Below are positions 1-15,945 of a stretch of 64,000 nucleotides of DNA, in pieces. How positions within the stretch are numbered: position 1 is the stretch's first letter; each line of letters starts with the position of its first letter. Source of the stretch: Octopus vulgaris. Lineage: Eukaryota. Below the pieces are notes generated by a model, which was not told the DNA's origin, did not search any database, and worked only from the letters and a program-made list of their open reading frames with translations. The stretch is from the NCBI GenBank assembly GCA_951406725.2, contig OX597833.1, positions 50,530,001-50,594,000 of the forward strand, written 5' to 3'. The translations under genes were made by a program, and so were the position numbers.

Positions 1-160
1 GCACCGCCTTTAGTGGAGCAAATTGACCCCAGGACTTGTTCTTTGTAAGCCTAGTACTTATTCTATCGGGCTCTTTTGTCGAACCGCTAGGTTACGGGGA
101 CGTAAACACACCAGCGTCGGTTGTCAAGCGATGTTTGGGGGGACAAACCAAGACACACAA
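1..160 (-). mobile_element. SINE family A, 3' part (runs off window start)
   Basis: Reverse complement matches the 3' half of the full copy at 7250-7660. Confidence 0.8.
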
Positions 161-251
161 ACAGTAGTTTAGATCCGATTGGTGGTTCTCTCGTTAATAA
201 AATACACAAGCAAACATATAAACATACATTTCCCTATATTCTAAAACACAA

Positions 252-637
252 TTCCGCCGAGGTCAACTTTGCCTTTCATCCTTTTGGGGCCGATAAATTA
301 AGTACCTATTTCTTTATTACCCACAAGGGTCTAAACACAGAGAGGACAAACAAGGACAGACAAACGGATTAGGTCGATTATATCGACCCCAGTGCGTAAC
401 TGGTACTTACTTAATCGACCCCGAAAGGATGACAGGCAAAGTCGACCTCGGCCGAATTTGAACTCACAACGTAGAGACAGACGAAATACCACTAAGCATT
501 TCGCCCGGCGTGCTAACGTTTCTGCCAGCTCGCCGCCTTTGGGGCTGATAAATTAAGTACCAGTTGCATACTGGAGTCAATCTAATCGACTGGATCCCTC
601 CCCGAAAATTTCGAGCCTTGTGCCTAGAGTAGAAAAT
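252..637. mobile_element. Nested SINE family B: 5'-truncated + strand copy (tail B2) interrupted by a - strand copy (tail B1, about 307-539)
   Basis: Outer TSD tattctaaaacacaa at 237-251 and about 639-653; inner duplication tttggggc(c/t)gataaattaagtacc on both sides of the inner copy. Confidence 0.8.
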
Positions 638-1539
638 TATATTCTAAAACACAACGGTCGAATATACATATATGTAAATAGAAAGATACATTTACATATA
701 TACATTTTTTATATGTTCACAACCGACAGAATAGTCTAGACGATATTTATATTTCCCTGAATCGTGTTTGAAATAGTCAAAATTTCTTTTTATGTTTTTT
801 ATGTTTGCTAGGAAAAGTAATATTTGCTCCAAACACCAGCAAAAATTAATTATTTCAAACTCCAAAATTAGAAGCGGTTTCGATAGAAAAGAAATATAAT
901 TAATCCGTGGGACAAATTTCAAATGAAATACTAAACTTCCAATTTATATCTACTTCATCAGGGAAAGGTAGCTTTCTTTTTTTTAATATCCTCGACAACA
1001 CCAACAGTATCAATTATTAATTTTACATAAGCACGACGTCCTTGGTTTACATGAACTGAAAAGGAATAACGTTGATGTTGATGTTTTCTCATGTTAGCAC
1101 AAGGTCACGCTTCTTACTCAAGCATTAAGTAGACTAAATCTACACTAGTATTATTTTTCTAATATTTACCAGCTTCGGAATGATTTTAATCCTGAATTTT
1201 GACAAAGATCAAAGTGAAGTAATTGGTATTTAAAGGGAAAAATTTGACAAGTCAGTCAGTCACCGGTTGATACTCGCTGACGATACATCGAAGAGGCCAG
1301 GGAACAGAAGAAAGAAGAAGAAGAAAGAAGACATGCACCCAACACAAGAGCCGAAGACACCCCCGAAAGGGGCGGGGGCTCGCCACGTCAAAACGGTAGA
1401 GGAGTGCCTCCTGATGATGTCTTGAGCTAACTGGATCCTATAAAGGAGCTGTTGTGGTAGCAGACCACGAAACACGGTTGTAATTCCTCTGAGGCTCAAG
1501 GTCAGCAGTCTTCGAAGAAGGGACTTAGCCGACGCTATG

Positions 1540-1771
1540 ACTCCAATATTTGGCTAGTATTTTATTTCATCGACCCAATACGGAAGAACGACTGGGTTGA
1601 CCTCAGAAGGATTTGAACTCGACATAAAGTGCTGGAAAAAATAGTATAAAACATTTTCCCGACACTTAAGGTAATCTGCCAGCTTGTGGCCAAACATCAA
1701 AATATAATCCTTTCTACTAAAGACACAAGGCCTGAAATTTTGGGGGGAGGGGACAAGTAGATTACATCGAC
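1540..1771 (-). mobile_element. Degenerate SINE family B pieces
   Basis: Similarity to B core (atttgaactc, tcgac) and to the B2 tail (cacaaggcctgaaattttgggggg). Confidence 0.55.
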
Positions 1772-1772
1772 C

Positions 1773-1890
1773 GGATCTTTACCCTTTGAACGGCAGATCG
1801 AGAAATTAATTTTTTGTAACTAAATACTTTCAAACTTCGGACACTGGTAGAATGTGTCATATAAAACATTTTTTACTCTTAGTGCTTGAC
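1773..1890. mobile_element. One end of a GGATC-terminated TIR element related to 57066-57498
   Basis: ggatcttt..tttgaacggcag..gtaactaaatactttcaaacttcg..actggtagaatgtg aligns with the reverse complement of 57390-57498. Confidence 0.6.
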
Positions 1891-1923
1891 GTAACGAAGG
1901 AAAATAAACAATAAGAGCAATAA

Positions 1924-5312
<3,389 letters not shown>

Positions 5313-5767
5313 GTAATAATAATAATAATAATAATAAAAGATAATAATAATAATGATAATAATAATAGCGTTGATACTGCATAAACCTTTAACAAATATA
5401 CAGAAGAATAAAATGAATTTGTGTGGCTAACGATTGACTCCTAGAATTGGGTTGTAACTGTTATGCATTAGGTGATTGGATGGTAGTTAATATGGCGCAA
5501 GTGTGTGTAAAGATGTGCACATCACTTGAAAGTTATGTAACATGACGTTGGCGAATGTCGTATTACATAACAACTGGGACATAAAAACAAATAGTAAAAC
5601 AGCAGTAAATTAACTCCCTCAGTTGACTCGACCGAGCAGCTTCTTTCGCAAGGTGAAAATTTAGTGGAATGAATTATACATTACATTGCATATTATACAT
5701 GGCGTAAAATTTATGGTGCTATGTTTTTTTGTGTGTATCTAAATTAATTATTACTAGTAAGAATATG

Positions 5768-6161
5768 TTGTTGCTGCTGTTGCTGCTGAGCGAACGGTCT
5801 TCGTCCCAGATCTCGCAAGATGGGAGAAGTCCGAAACGTGGTCTTTTGCTATTCGTAAGACCCGCAGAAGAGAAAGCAGGTCAACCCCACCGACACCGAG
5901 AGCATCGACGGATGGATGGATGAATGCGCATCCAGGCTCATCGGTTGCGTAGGAAGTCAGGGACAAGAAACAAGTAGAAAGAGTGAGAGAAAGTTGGGGC
6001 GAAAGAGTACAACAGGGGTCGCTACCACCCCATGCCGGAGTGTCGTGGAGCTTTAGGTGTTTTCGCTCAATAAACACACACAATGCCCGGTCTGGGAATC
6101 GAAACCGCGATCCTCCGGCCGCGAGTCCGCTGCCCTAACCACTGGGCCATTCCGCCTCCAC
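5768..6161 (-). mobile_element. SINE family C (tRNA-Arg-like head), tail type 3
   Basis: Head gtggaggcg..tggcccagtggttagggcagcggactcgcgg..ggtttcgattccc (A/B boxes); unique tail ending in (CAG/CAA)n. Confidence 0.85.
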
Positions 6162-6904
6162 GTTGTTGTTGCTCTTGCTTGTGCTAATGTGATTTAGCCC
6201 TGAGTCAGCAATGATCAAACAGGTCTATGAAAATCTCATCGACATTAGTTCTTTATTTGTTTCATTTTTTTCCAGCAGCATTGTACGCGTGTTTGAAGCT
6301 ACGCAATCGAATGGGTTGCTTCTAATGTGTTGTTTGAGATAGGCTTGGTTTCTATTTCTTGCAGGCTGAGCGAGCATGTAGAGCAAGGGTCGGCGAAACG
6401 GGGTAAATTACCCCCAAGTGGGTTAAAAATGAAATTCTTGGGAGTAATAAAGACTCATCAAACATCAATAAAATTATATAAAGAACGTATTTCTTGTTAC
6501 GACAGAAATTTTTCTCCTTGCAACACTGCATCTGTCCAACGTAATGGACGCGTTTACGCGACGTCACTCCAGATAGATTTAACAGAACTTTTGAATTCAA
6601 GGAATCTATGAATGAACTGTGAATGATGATTCTTAAAGCAAGAGTTATGTGAGGAGAGAAGTAGTCAATTAAACTGACCCCATTACATGACTGGTACTTT
6701 AGTCTGTCGAACACCAACCACCCAGAAGGATGAAAGACAAAGTTCACATCAGCATTGATTTTTTTACGCAGAACATAAAAGAAGACGGGACAAAACCCGT
6801 TAGGCATTTTTGTGGTATGTCACTCTTACAATCTACGAAACCACCACCTTTATATAAATATGAACTGTTCAGTTGTCCTTTGTGTAAAGCTGATCACCAT
6901 AGTT

Positions 6905-7183
6905 TTTATGTATTTATTATTCTAGATGTTGTAATGTTTAAAAAATATATTTTTTTTTAGTCGCTAAAGTAGTTAACCGCGATGGACTGTATTCACACAT
7001 TTTTCTTATATTTTTCTTATATGCTTGTATTGATGAGTTGTGTTTCATCTTCCGTGATTTTATGCATGTATATTCTATGTGAAAGAAAAAGCATTATGTG
7101 ATTAAATGTTCGAGATATGAAATGTTACGTGGATGAGATATATATTTTTTAAACATTACATCTAGAGTAATAAATACATAAAG
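6905..7183. repeat. About 45-bp inverted repeat pair (6905-6950 and 7139-7183), possible AT-rich MITE
   Basis: tttatgtatttattattctagatgt..aatgtttaaaaaatatat versus atatattttttaaacattacatctagagtaataaatacataaa. Confidence 0.6.
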
Positions 7184-7249
7184 ATATAAAGAAATATATA
7201 AATATAAAGATATATAAAAAGATATGAAAAAACATAAATAAATAATATA

Positions 7250-7660
7250 GGCGCAGGAGTGGCAGTGTGGTAAGTAGCTTGTTTATCAACCACATGGTTC
7301 CGGGTTCAGTCCCACTGCGTGGCACCTTGGGCTAGTGTCTTCTACTATAGCCTCGGGCCGACCAAAGCCTTGTAAGTGGATTTGGTAGACGGAAACTGAA
7401 AGAAGCCCGTCGTTTATATGTATATATATATATGTGTGTGTATATATTTGTGTGTCTGTGTTTGTCCCCCCACAACATCGCTTGACAACTGATGCTGGTG
7501 TGTTTATGTCCCCGTTACTTAGCAGTTCGGCAAAACAGACCGATAGAATAAGTACTGGGCTTACAAAGAATAAGTCCCGGGGTCGAGTTGCTCGACTAAA
7601 GGCGGTGCTGCAGCATGGCCGCAGTCAAATGACTGAAACAAGTAAAAGAGTAAAAGAGTA
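7250..7660 (+). mobile_element. SINE family A, full length, tRNA-derived
   Basis: A box tggcagtgtgg, B box ggttcagtcc, internal (TA)/(TG) run, tail (gtaaaaga)n; many copies in window. Confidence 0.88.
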
Positions 7661-8535
7661 CAACATCTAGAATAATAAATATATAAAAATATAAAGAAAT
7701 ATATAAATATAAAGATATATAAAAAGATATAAAAATAAATATATATAGGAAACATAAATAAATAATATATAATATATAAGGTAAAATAAAAGTTCATCGA
7801 TTAGATATTTTTTTGATTAAAAATTACTTTTCAAGATAAGGGAAACCTATTGTTAAAAGCCAGTGTCCAAGCAAAAAAGAAGAAACCATAGTTTAAGTAA
7901 ATATCTTTCTCTCACAGTTGCATGTAGTGGGAGTACTGTAAAAATACCGAGTGTTACTAAGGTTTAGTTTGCCAAACTGAAAACGCTCTATGGTCTAAGA
8001 AAGAAAGAAAGAAAGGAAAGAAAAAATACACTTGGAAGAAAATGTTGAGAATGTCTGTAATTACATCGCCATGGCTAAAATAAGAATGTTTCGCCCATTA
8101 TTCTCGTTATCAGACATGTAATATGGAATATCAGCTTTATATTGCAGAAGCTGTCATTGTTAATAAAACGAAGGACCGACGTGACATGTTTATACATTAG
8201 CCTCGCATTATGACCTGGAGGCATGAAACGGAGATGAGAAATTTTAAGGGTCAGAGCAAATGAAAAAACGAATTAAGAATTGCATTATAGCTAGGGGGCA
8301 TTTTTATATAACTAAAGTGCAATAGTACTTGCCTTGTTACATTAAGTCCCTCGGCGTCACCACCCTACTTGTATTCCCATTAGACTTTATCTCGGACATT
8401 TTGCCAATTAGCTCCAGAACAGGCGTTATGATTCTTGTTCATTACTTTAAATAGCTTAGAGTATTAGCAGTAGCACGGACAGCTGTCCCCCTCTATTATT
8501 GATAGCAGGACTCTCAGTTACAGAGATACAGCGCA

Positions 8536-8537
<2 letters not shown>

Positions 8538-8607
<70 letters not shown>

Positions 8608-8726
8608 GTCTGTCTATCTATCTGTCTGTCGGTTTGTCTGTCTGTCTGTCTCTGTCTGTCTGTCTGTCTGTCTATCTCTCTCTCTATCTATCCGTTTGTC
8701 TGTCTGTCTGTCTGTCTATCTAGCTG

Positions 8727-8786
<60 letters not shown>

Positions 8787-9040
8787 ACTATCTATCTATC
8801 TGTCTGTCAGTCTGTCTGTCTGTCTATCTATCTATCTGTCTATCTATCCGTTTGTCTGTATGTCTGTCTATCTATCTACCTGTCTGTCTATTTAGCTGTT
8901 TGTCTATCTATCTGTCTGTCTATCTATCTATCTGTCTGTCTATTTAGCTGTTTGTCTATCTATCCGTCAGTCTATCTATATGTCTGACTGTCAATTTACC
9001 TCTCTCTCTATCTATCTATACATGTGTGTCGTTAATTCTG

Positions 9041-9084
<44 letters not shown>

Positions 9085-9112
9085 CATACATACATATATA
9101 CATATATATGTA

Positions 9113-9154
<42 letters not shown>

Positions 9155-9244
9155 AATGTGGGAGTGAGCGAGGTCGTTTATGTCCGTAGATAAATGTGTA
9201 TATATATCCGTATATGTGAACACGTACACACACACATATATATA

Positions 9245-9308
<64 letters not shown>

Positions 9309-9310
9309 TA
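8538..9310. repeat. Compound (TCTA)/(TCTG)/(TA)/(GA) microsatellite
   Basis: Direct reading. Confidence 0.95.
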
Positions 9311-9593
9311 GATAGATTCAGATATATATACCCACACATGTATATGCATGCTGGTATGTATATATTTACACATGTATATATCTGTGTGCGTGTATGGATA
9401 TGTATGTAAACATATGTATGTGTATATAAACATGTCTGGTATATGTATGTGTGTGTTTGTAGTATTAGTAATAGTAATAGTAGTAGAATTTGGAATAATA
9501 ATTGAAGTACAACTGCTACTGTTATGTTTAAAGCAGTGCCCCACAACCGGTTCACCGCGGCATTCTAGTGTACCACGAGACGATGCTGGGTTT

Positions 9594-9802
9594 TTTCTAT
9601 AATAGGCGCAAGGCCTGAACTTTGGGGCAGGAGTTAGTTGATTTCATCGATCCCAGTGTGTTACTGGTACTTATTTAATCGACTCCGAAAGGAGTAAAAG
9701 CAAAGTCGACCCCGGCAGAATTTGAACTCAATGTAGCGGCTGAGGAAATATCCCTAAACATTTCGCCCGGCGTGCTAACGATTCTGCTAGCTCTTCGCCT
9801 TT
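9594..9802 (-). mobile_element. SINE family B (tail B2)
   Basis: Matches B consensus in reverse. Confidence 0.8.
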
Positions 9803-10329
9803 CTACAAGGAAATAATAAAGCAAAGGAACTAATATTTCATACACATTATAAACGGAAATATACCCTTCATCAGGTGGCGTGCAAAAAGAAATCACTCCA
9901 TAAACTGCAGTACAAGTTTATCAGTCACTGATGCTAAATGCAATATCATCCATAGTTCATAAATGTACCTACACGATCTGTAGTAGAGGACTTACTACAA
10001 GTTACTTAACTCTCTTTTTGTTCTTTTTCTGAAAAGATTTATTATCGAAATTGCAAAATACTTTATGGTTCATATAAACTTTCTGCTGAGCAGTATTATG
10101 AAAATTTCTTGCTCACAGTAATTATGTAATCTGTCAAGTATGTAAACGTCTCCCCCCATATTCATGTACATAAATACATACATATGTGTGTGTGTGTGTA
10201 TGCGTTATTACTGACTATTTACACACTCAAATATGCAGACTTGCACACTTACACACACAAACACACACACACATACATACAGACACGTACGCACATATAA
10301 GGATGTCAACTAATGTATAGCTGTATATA

Positions 10330-10560
10330 ATTCTTTATTGCCCACAAAGGGCTAAACATAGAGGAGACAAACAAGGACAGACATATGGATTAAGTCGATT
10401 ACATCGACACCAGTGCGTAACTGGTACTTAATTTATCGACCCCGGAAGGAAGAAAGACAAAGTCGACCTCGGTGGAATTTGAACTCAGAACGTAACGGCA
10501 GACGAAATACCGCTTAGAATTTCGCCCGGCGTGCTAACATTTCTGCCATTTCGCCGCCTT
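10330..10560 (-). mobile_element. SINE family B (tail B1)
   Basis: Full copy; gtatagctg occurs near both flanks. Confidence 0.85.
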
Positions 10561-10831
10561 GACCAAGGTATAGCTGAATGGTTAAAATAATTGTGCAGGG
10601 GTCACCTGGTCTTGATTTCGATGTTACTAATAATGGGAGAAAATTGCAGGAAATTACGATCTACACCACATCACAAATATGGTATTACACCAAATATAAG
10701 CTTAAGAAAGAGTAGTGGGACAGTATGCCTCACAACGAAGTACAGAGAAAAAGGACAAGCTTAGATCAATAGTATAAAATATATTAACTAAATAAATTGC
10801 AATATAAAAGGGAATTATAATTAAATTAAAA

Positions 10832-10854
<23 letters not shown>

Positions 10855-10869
<15 letters not shown>

Positions 10870-11248
10870 GTGAAGTTGTGTGTCTATCTCCTACGATTTA
10901 GATTCCTAACTACTCCCACATTTTGCGGTGCAGTGTAACCAAAAGCGGGTATCTTATAGTCGTGATTCATATCGAGTCCTTCTGGGTATTAGCGCGCGTC
11001 TACGATGAGTCTACGATTTTAAAAAAATTTACCATAATTTTTTCCCATTTTTTAATGCATTTTTTTGCTATTATATAAGGGAAGTAACTCTCTAAAAATG
11101 TATTATTAAATCTCAGAACGTAAAAAGCTACAGTAACACCCCCTTTGTGGTTAGCCATATTGAGATGGCTATTATACTTCACATCTCTAAAAATGCTTAT
11201 ATAGTTATTTCCCTTACAAACCCGAGCAACGCCGGGCGATACTGCTAG
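10855..11248 (+). mobile_element. Non-autonomous Helitron-like element
   Basis: 5' tatataaaaagtgaagttgtgtgt; 3' hairpin cccgagcaacgccggg followed by CTAG|T; ends shared with 11970-12361. Confidence 0.75.
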
Positions 11249-11451
11249 TATATATATATATATATATATATATCGTTTTTGGATTTGGTTTGCCAGATTC
11301 GTGGGTTGAAGTATAAACAAACAAAAAGGAACGCAGCTCGGATAACAACATTTTTAGAAAAAAATAAATAAGTATACGTGTGGAAACGAAACCGCTGAGT
11401 ATGTTAAATAATAAGGCATTAAAAGGGAATGACTCTCCCTAGACACAACAT

Positions 11452-11487
<36 letters not shown>

Positions 11488-11969
11488 TATATACAATGTT
11501 ATAATATTATATTATAACTAAAACAAATAACACGTCCTAACTACAAAGAGACTAAATAGTCCGTTATAATTAAACGACCAACGAGTTCGTTACTTGGTAA
11601 ACACCTCAAATTACTCTTAATTAGAGAATAAATATATATATGTTGTTTAAATCAACATCTGAACTTAAAAACAATAAACACTGAAAACTGCTAAAAGAAA
11701 ATTATACTAACAAAATTATTCTACATGTGACGAAACGCCACGTTCTGCAGAGAAATTAATAGAAACAATATTCGAAATACCAATATCTGTTAATAGGCGG
11801 AAGCCAGTCCCAACTACCCAACGGAAGTGACGTTGTAAAGTATAGTGAATGACAATTACTCAGTGGAATAGACGAAGAGACTTTGTACAGAACAGTGAAT
11901 GAGAAATAACCCCACAAAACTACCAAACTGATATAAACTTATCTTAGGTAACAAAAAGAAATAGATAAA

Positions 11970-12361
11970 TCTATATATATAAAGCTGAAGTTGTGTGTGT
12001 GTGTGTGGCAGGTCTTGTAGCCTTCAACTAACACTGTCTCCTCCGAGACCCTGCGGCACAAGTTGGCCAAAACTGTTAGAAGGAGGCTTGCTCTTCGTTC
12101 CGTAGAAGAAAAAATTCAAATCGGACCATGTTAAGACCAAAAATTATTAACATCAAAAGGTGCTTTTTTTCCTATGAAAATCCCTATTTTTTACGATTTT
12201 TTGACTACTGTATCGGCATTTTTCGGTGTATTTCAACTAGAAAAATGTTCACTTAAAGAGTATAACAAGCTATATAATGCAAAAATTGTACCTTTCAAAA
12301 TTTCCAATTCTAAAGGGTCGAAAAGAAAACAAACCCGAGCAACGCCGGGCTATACTACTAG
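11970..12361 (+). mobile_element. Non-autonomous Helitron-like element
   Basis: A|TC start, 3' hairpin cccgagcaacgccggg, CTAG|T end, no TSD. Confidence 0.8.
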
Positions 12362-12531
12362 TAAATAAATAACAAACTAAAAAAAACACTAACACATTTT
12401 ACCATTCCAAGGTTAACTGCAGAACTTGAGATTATTCTATACTTTCGCAAAATATCTCACTCTGTTTCCCTAAGTAACAGTTAAGACATTTCATCAACCT
12501 TGTTCTTTCAACTGAGCCTTTTATCGATTAA

Positions 12532-12829
12532 CCCCTTACCCAACAATTATTTTGAAAATAAATGTATTTTTTCAGACATATTTTTTAATTGTTTTATGTT
12601 ACTATGTTTTGAATGGTGAATTCGAGGTATATTTCAAACCTTATTTATTATGAATTTTAATTGATTTTAAATTAAGGCATTGGGCAGAAACGAGTTAACG
12701 CTTTTTTAGACGAAGGAACTCGTTTGCTGTCGATTTTGGCGAGTCTATCTTTTGACGAGTTAACTCGCCAGAGATGGAAGAAAACGATTTCGGTCAAAAC
12801 GCATATATTCGTTTCTGCCGGGTAAGGGG
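12532..12829. mobile_element. piggyBac-like MITE
   Basis: TTAA|ccccttaccc ... gggtaagggg|TTAA: TIRs with TTAA target duplication. Confidence 0.75.
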
Positions 12830-13081
12830 TTAAACCCTATTCAAAAATATTCCAACTTTATTTATAATTCTACCATATCTGATTGGAAAACACGTTTGAA
12901 CCTATCCAAAGAGGAATTTTACAATCCACCTAAAGCAATGATACAATGCCGAAACTAAAACTATCAGTCTTATCATAAATACTCGTCTAGATCTTACCAT
13001 CTACACTAACTATTCTCAGATCCATATAGTTAAACGCTTTTAAGGAGTCACCATTCAAGATACGTGGGATATATTTTTTCC

Positions 13082-13311
13082 CGGCGAGCTGGCAGAAACG
13101 TTAGCGCGCCGGGCGAAGTACTTAGCGGTATTTCGTCTGTTGTTATGTTCTGAGTTCAAATTCCGCCGAGGTCGACTTTACCTTTCATCCTTTCGGGGTC
13201 GATAAATAAAGTACCAGTTTCACACTGGGGTCAATGTAATTGACTTACTCCCTTTGTCTGTCCTTGTTTGTCCCCTCTATGTTTAGCCTCTTGTGGGCAG
13301 TAAAGAAATAT
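13082..13311 (+). mobile_element. SINE family B (tail B1)
   Basis: ggcgagctggcagaaacgttagc..gagttcaaattcc..gtaaagaaata. Confidence 0.88.
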
Positions 13312-13366
13312 ATATTTTTTCCCAGCAAATATTCAAAATACACATAGGAATTAAATTTTTTATTTT

Positions 13367-13669
13367 TTATGCGCCCTTTTCAAGCCTAGCCAGGCTCATG
13401 GTTCCGGTTTCCCGGTTTCTATGGTGTATGTGTTTCTCCAGTTGGACGGGACGCCAGTTCATCGCAACGTTACTCAAGAAACAGGAAGAAAGAGTGAGAG
13501 AAAGTTGCGGCGAAAGAGTACAACAGGGGTCACCCCGCCCCTGCCGAACGTCGTGGAGCTTTAGGTGTTTTCGCTCAATAAACACGCACAACGCCCAATC
13601 TGGGAATCGAAACAGCGATCCTCCGACCGCGAGTACGTTGCCCTAACCACTGGGCCATTGCGCCTCTAC
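13367..13669 (-). mobile_element. SINE family C, tail type 2
   Basis: tRNA-like head plus core; tail ends ggcttgaaaagggcgcata. Confidence 0.85.
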
Positions 13670-13869
13670 ACGAATTAAAATAGCATTTATATATCTGAAG
13701 CATCTACTGAGTTGCTCACAAAACCTCTCGTTTTCCTTCGGTTTAGACTAGTGGTTGTCTACCATTTTTTGCCAGATGACACCTTTGATTCCTATTCTAT
13801 TGTACTGGACCCTCATAGACATTTGATACTTAAAAAGTTCCCTTGTGTTTTTATGATTGAGTTATTTAT

Positions 13870-14079
13870 TTATGCGCCCTTTTCAAGCCTAGCCAGGCTC
13901 ATGGGCCCGGTTTCTGTGGCGTATGTCTTCCCCCCAGCTGAAACAGAAAGAGAGAATGAGAGAAAGTTGGGGCAAAAGAGTACAAATTGGGGTGAAAGAA
14001 TACCACCCTCTGCCGAAGCCTCGTGGAACTTTAGGTGTTTTCGCTCAATAAACACACACAATGCCCTGTCTGGGAATCG

Positions 14080-14083
<4 letters not shown>
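13870..14083 (-). mobile_element. SINE family C, tail type 2, truncated
   Basis: Same tail as 13367-13669. Confidence 0.8.
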
Positions 14084-14135
<52 letters not shown>

Positions 14136-14188
14136 TATCTAGTTGTCTGTTTATATCTCCTTCATCCTCTCTCTTTCTCTCTCTCTCT

Positions 14189-14227
<39 letters not shown>

Positions 14228-14228
<1 letters not shown>

Positions 14229-14490
14229 TGTGATCACGTGACCGACCAGGCTATCAGATGTTACTACACATCGCTGGTCACAATGCGCTTCGCATTGTTT
14301 TTGCCTTCAAATGACGCCACTCACTCCGCTGGCTAAGCGAGCAGGCTTACAGAAGAATGAGTGAGAGAAAGTTGTGGCGAAAGAGTACAGCAGGGATCGC
14401 CACCATCCCCTGCCGGAGCCTCGTTGAGCTTTAGGTGTTTTCACTCAATAAACACTCACAATGCCCGGTCTGGGAATCAAAACCGCGATT
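14228..14490 (-). mobile_element. SINE family C, tail type 5
   Basis: C core joined to a distinct tail ending ggtcggtcacgtgatcacat. Confidence 0.75.
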
Positions 14491-14508
14491 CTACACACAC
14501 ACACACAC

Positions 14509-14539
<31 letters not shown>

Positions 14540-15515
14540 TATATACACACACACATACACTTCCACGTATACACACACGCACACACACATACATAGTTAA
14601 ATTGTGTGAATATATATATGTGTGCAACCATGCGTGTGTCTCTTACAGAAACCTTTGCCCGCCAAACAAAAAAATATTATAAATTATATCTTGTAATATA
14701 AACCTAATGATCCCCTCTTTAGTAAAACCCTATGAGAGAAAGTTGTGTCTCTTTGGGGGATCCAAAACGATATCAAATACCTTCGAAACAGAAACCAGAT
14801 TATCGATATGACAGAGATAGTTCCGTTTAATCTACGTCATGTTTTACTCATTAATCACACCTGCCTGCCTGTTTGGCTGCCGTATAAACTATCAGATCGT
14901 TACAGAACAATTAGTATCTTGTGAGTAAAGCGACGACTATCATCTGATTATTACGCTATTTACGAACGTGTTGATTATAATTTTATCTTGTTAATCTTCG
15001 TATACATATTTCGTTTATACCGTATAAGTTTTCCGAATTCAGCTTCGTCATGTTCAGTACTACATACTTCATGGCGATATACTATGACATTACATAGATT
15101 TCTCATTGCAGTTAGAAAAAAAAAAAAACCAGAAGAAAAACAAAAGATTAAAATAGTTTAAAGATAAGAATTGTGTTTGTTATTTATTGCTGTTTTAAAA
15201 TCAGCTCCCAATAGATTAGAGTAAGGAGAAATTACGTCATTAAAATAAAAATCACGTGATTTTTTACTCAGATGTAAAAGCGCGGACGTGGCTGTGCGGT
15301 TAAGCGGTTCGTTTTTACAAATTCGTGGTTTTGCGTTTATTCGCATTTCACAGGTAATTTTGTGTTGGCACGTGGTGCTGCAGGGGGAAGAGGTGGGGGT
15401 AAATATTTCCTATTAACTTATTGAGCTGACCAATGCTTTGTCAGCGGATTTAGAGGTTGGAAATATGTAAGTCTGCCCTATTCGTATGTATACGTAGGTA
15501 TGTTTAAAATATGAA

Positions 15516-15600
<85 letters not shown>

Positions 15601-15681
15601 GTATATCTATCTATCTATTTATCTATCTATCTGTCTGTCTGTTCGTCTATTTCTCTCTCTCTCTCTCTATCTTTCTATCTG

Positions 15682-15725
<44 letters not shown>
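15516..15725. repeat. (TCTA)n/(TA)n microsatellite
   Basis: Direct reading. Confidence 0.9.
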
Positions 15726-15727
<2 letters not shown>

Positions 15728-15776
15728 TGATCAATCTATCTGTCTGTCTGTCAATGATATACATTATATCATTATA

Positions 15777-15945
15777 CCTGTTATTCAAGCGGGACTGGTT
15801 TTGCCATACTCTGAATCTCCATGAGAACCACGTTAAGGGTAAGCCTCTGTGTGGAGTGCTCCGCCACTCGCACGTTAATTTCACGAACAGGCTGTTCCGT
15901 TCATCAGCTCAACTGGAACCCTCGTCGTCGTAACAGTCAGAGAGC
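15777..15945 (+). mobile_element. SINE family C tail type 1 fragment
   Basis: cacgttaatttcacg..ctgttccgt..ggaaccctcgtcgtcgtaac. Confidence 0.7.

Noticed and set aside
9830-9880. Minus-strand cctgatgaagg..gaaa as a hammerhead
   Set aside because: No convincing stem II or stem III.
11822-11833. CGGAAGTGACGT ETS-CRE promoter motif
   Set aside because: Isolated motif between two Helitron-like elements with no other promoter evidence.
13293-14233. Recurrent ORFs such as MCVFIERKHLKLH and [13 protein letters not shown]
   Set aside because: Chance frames through SINE family C; they recur because the SINE recurs.
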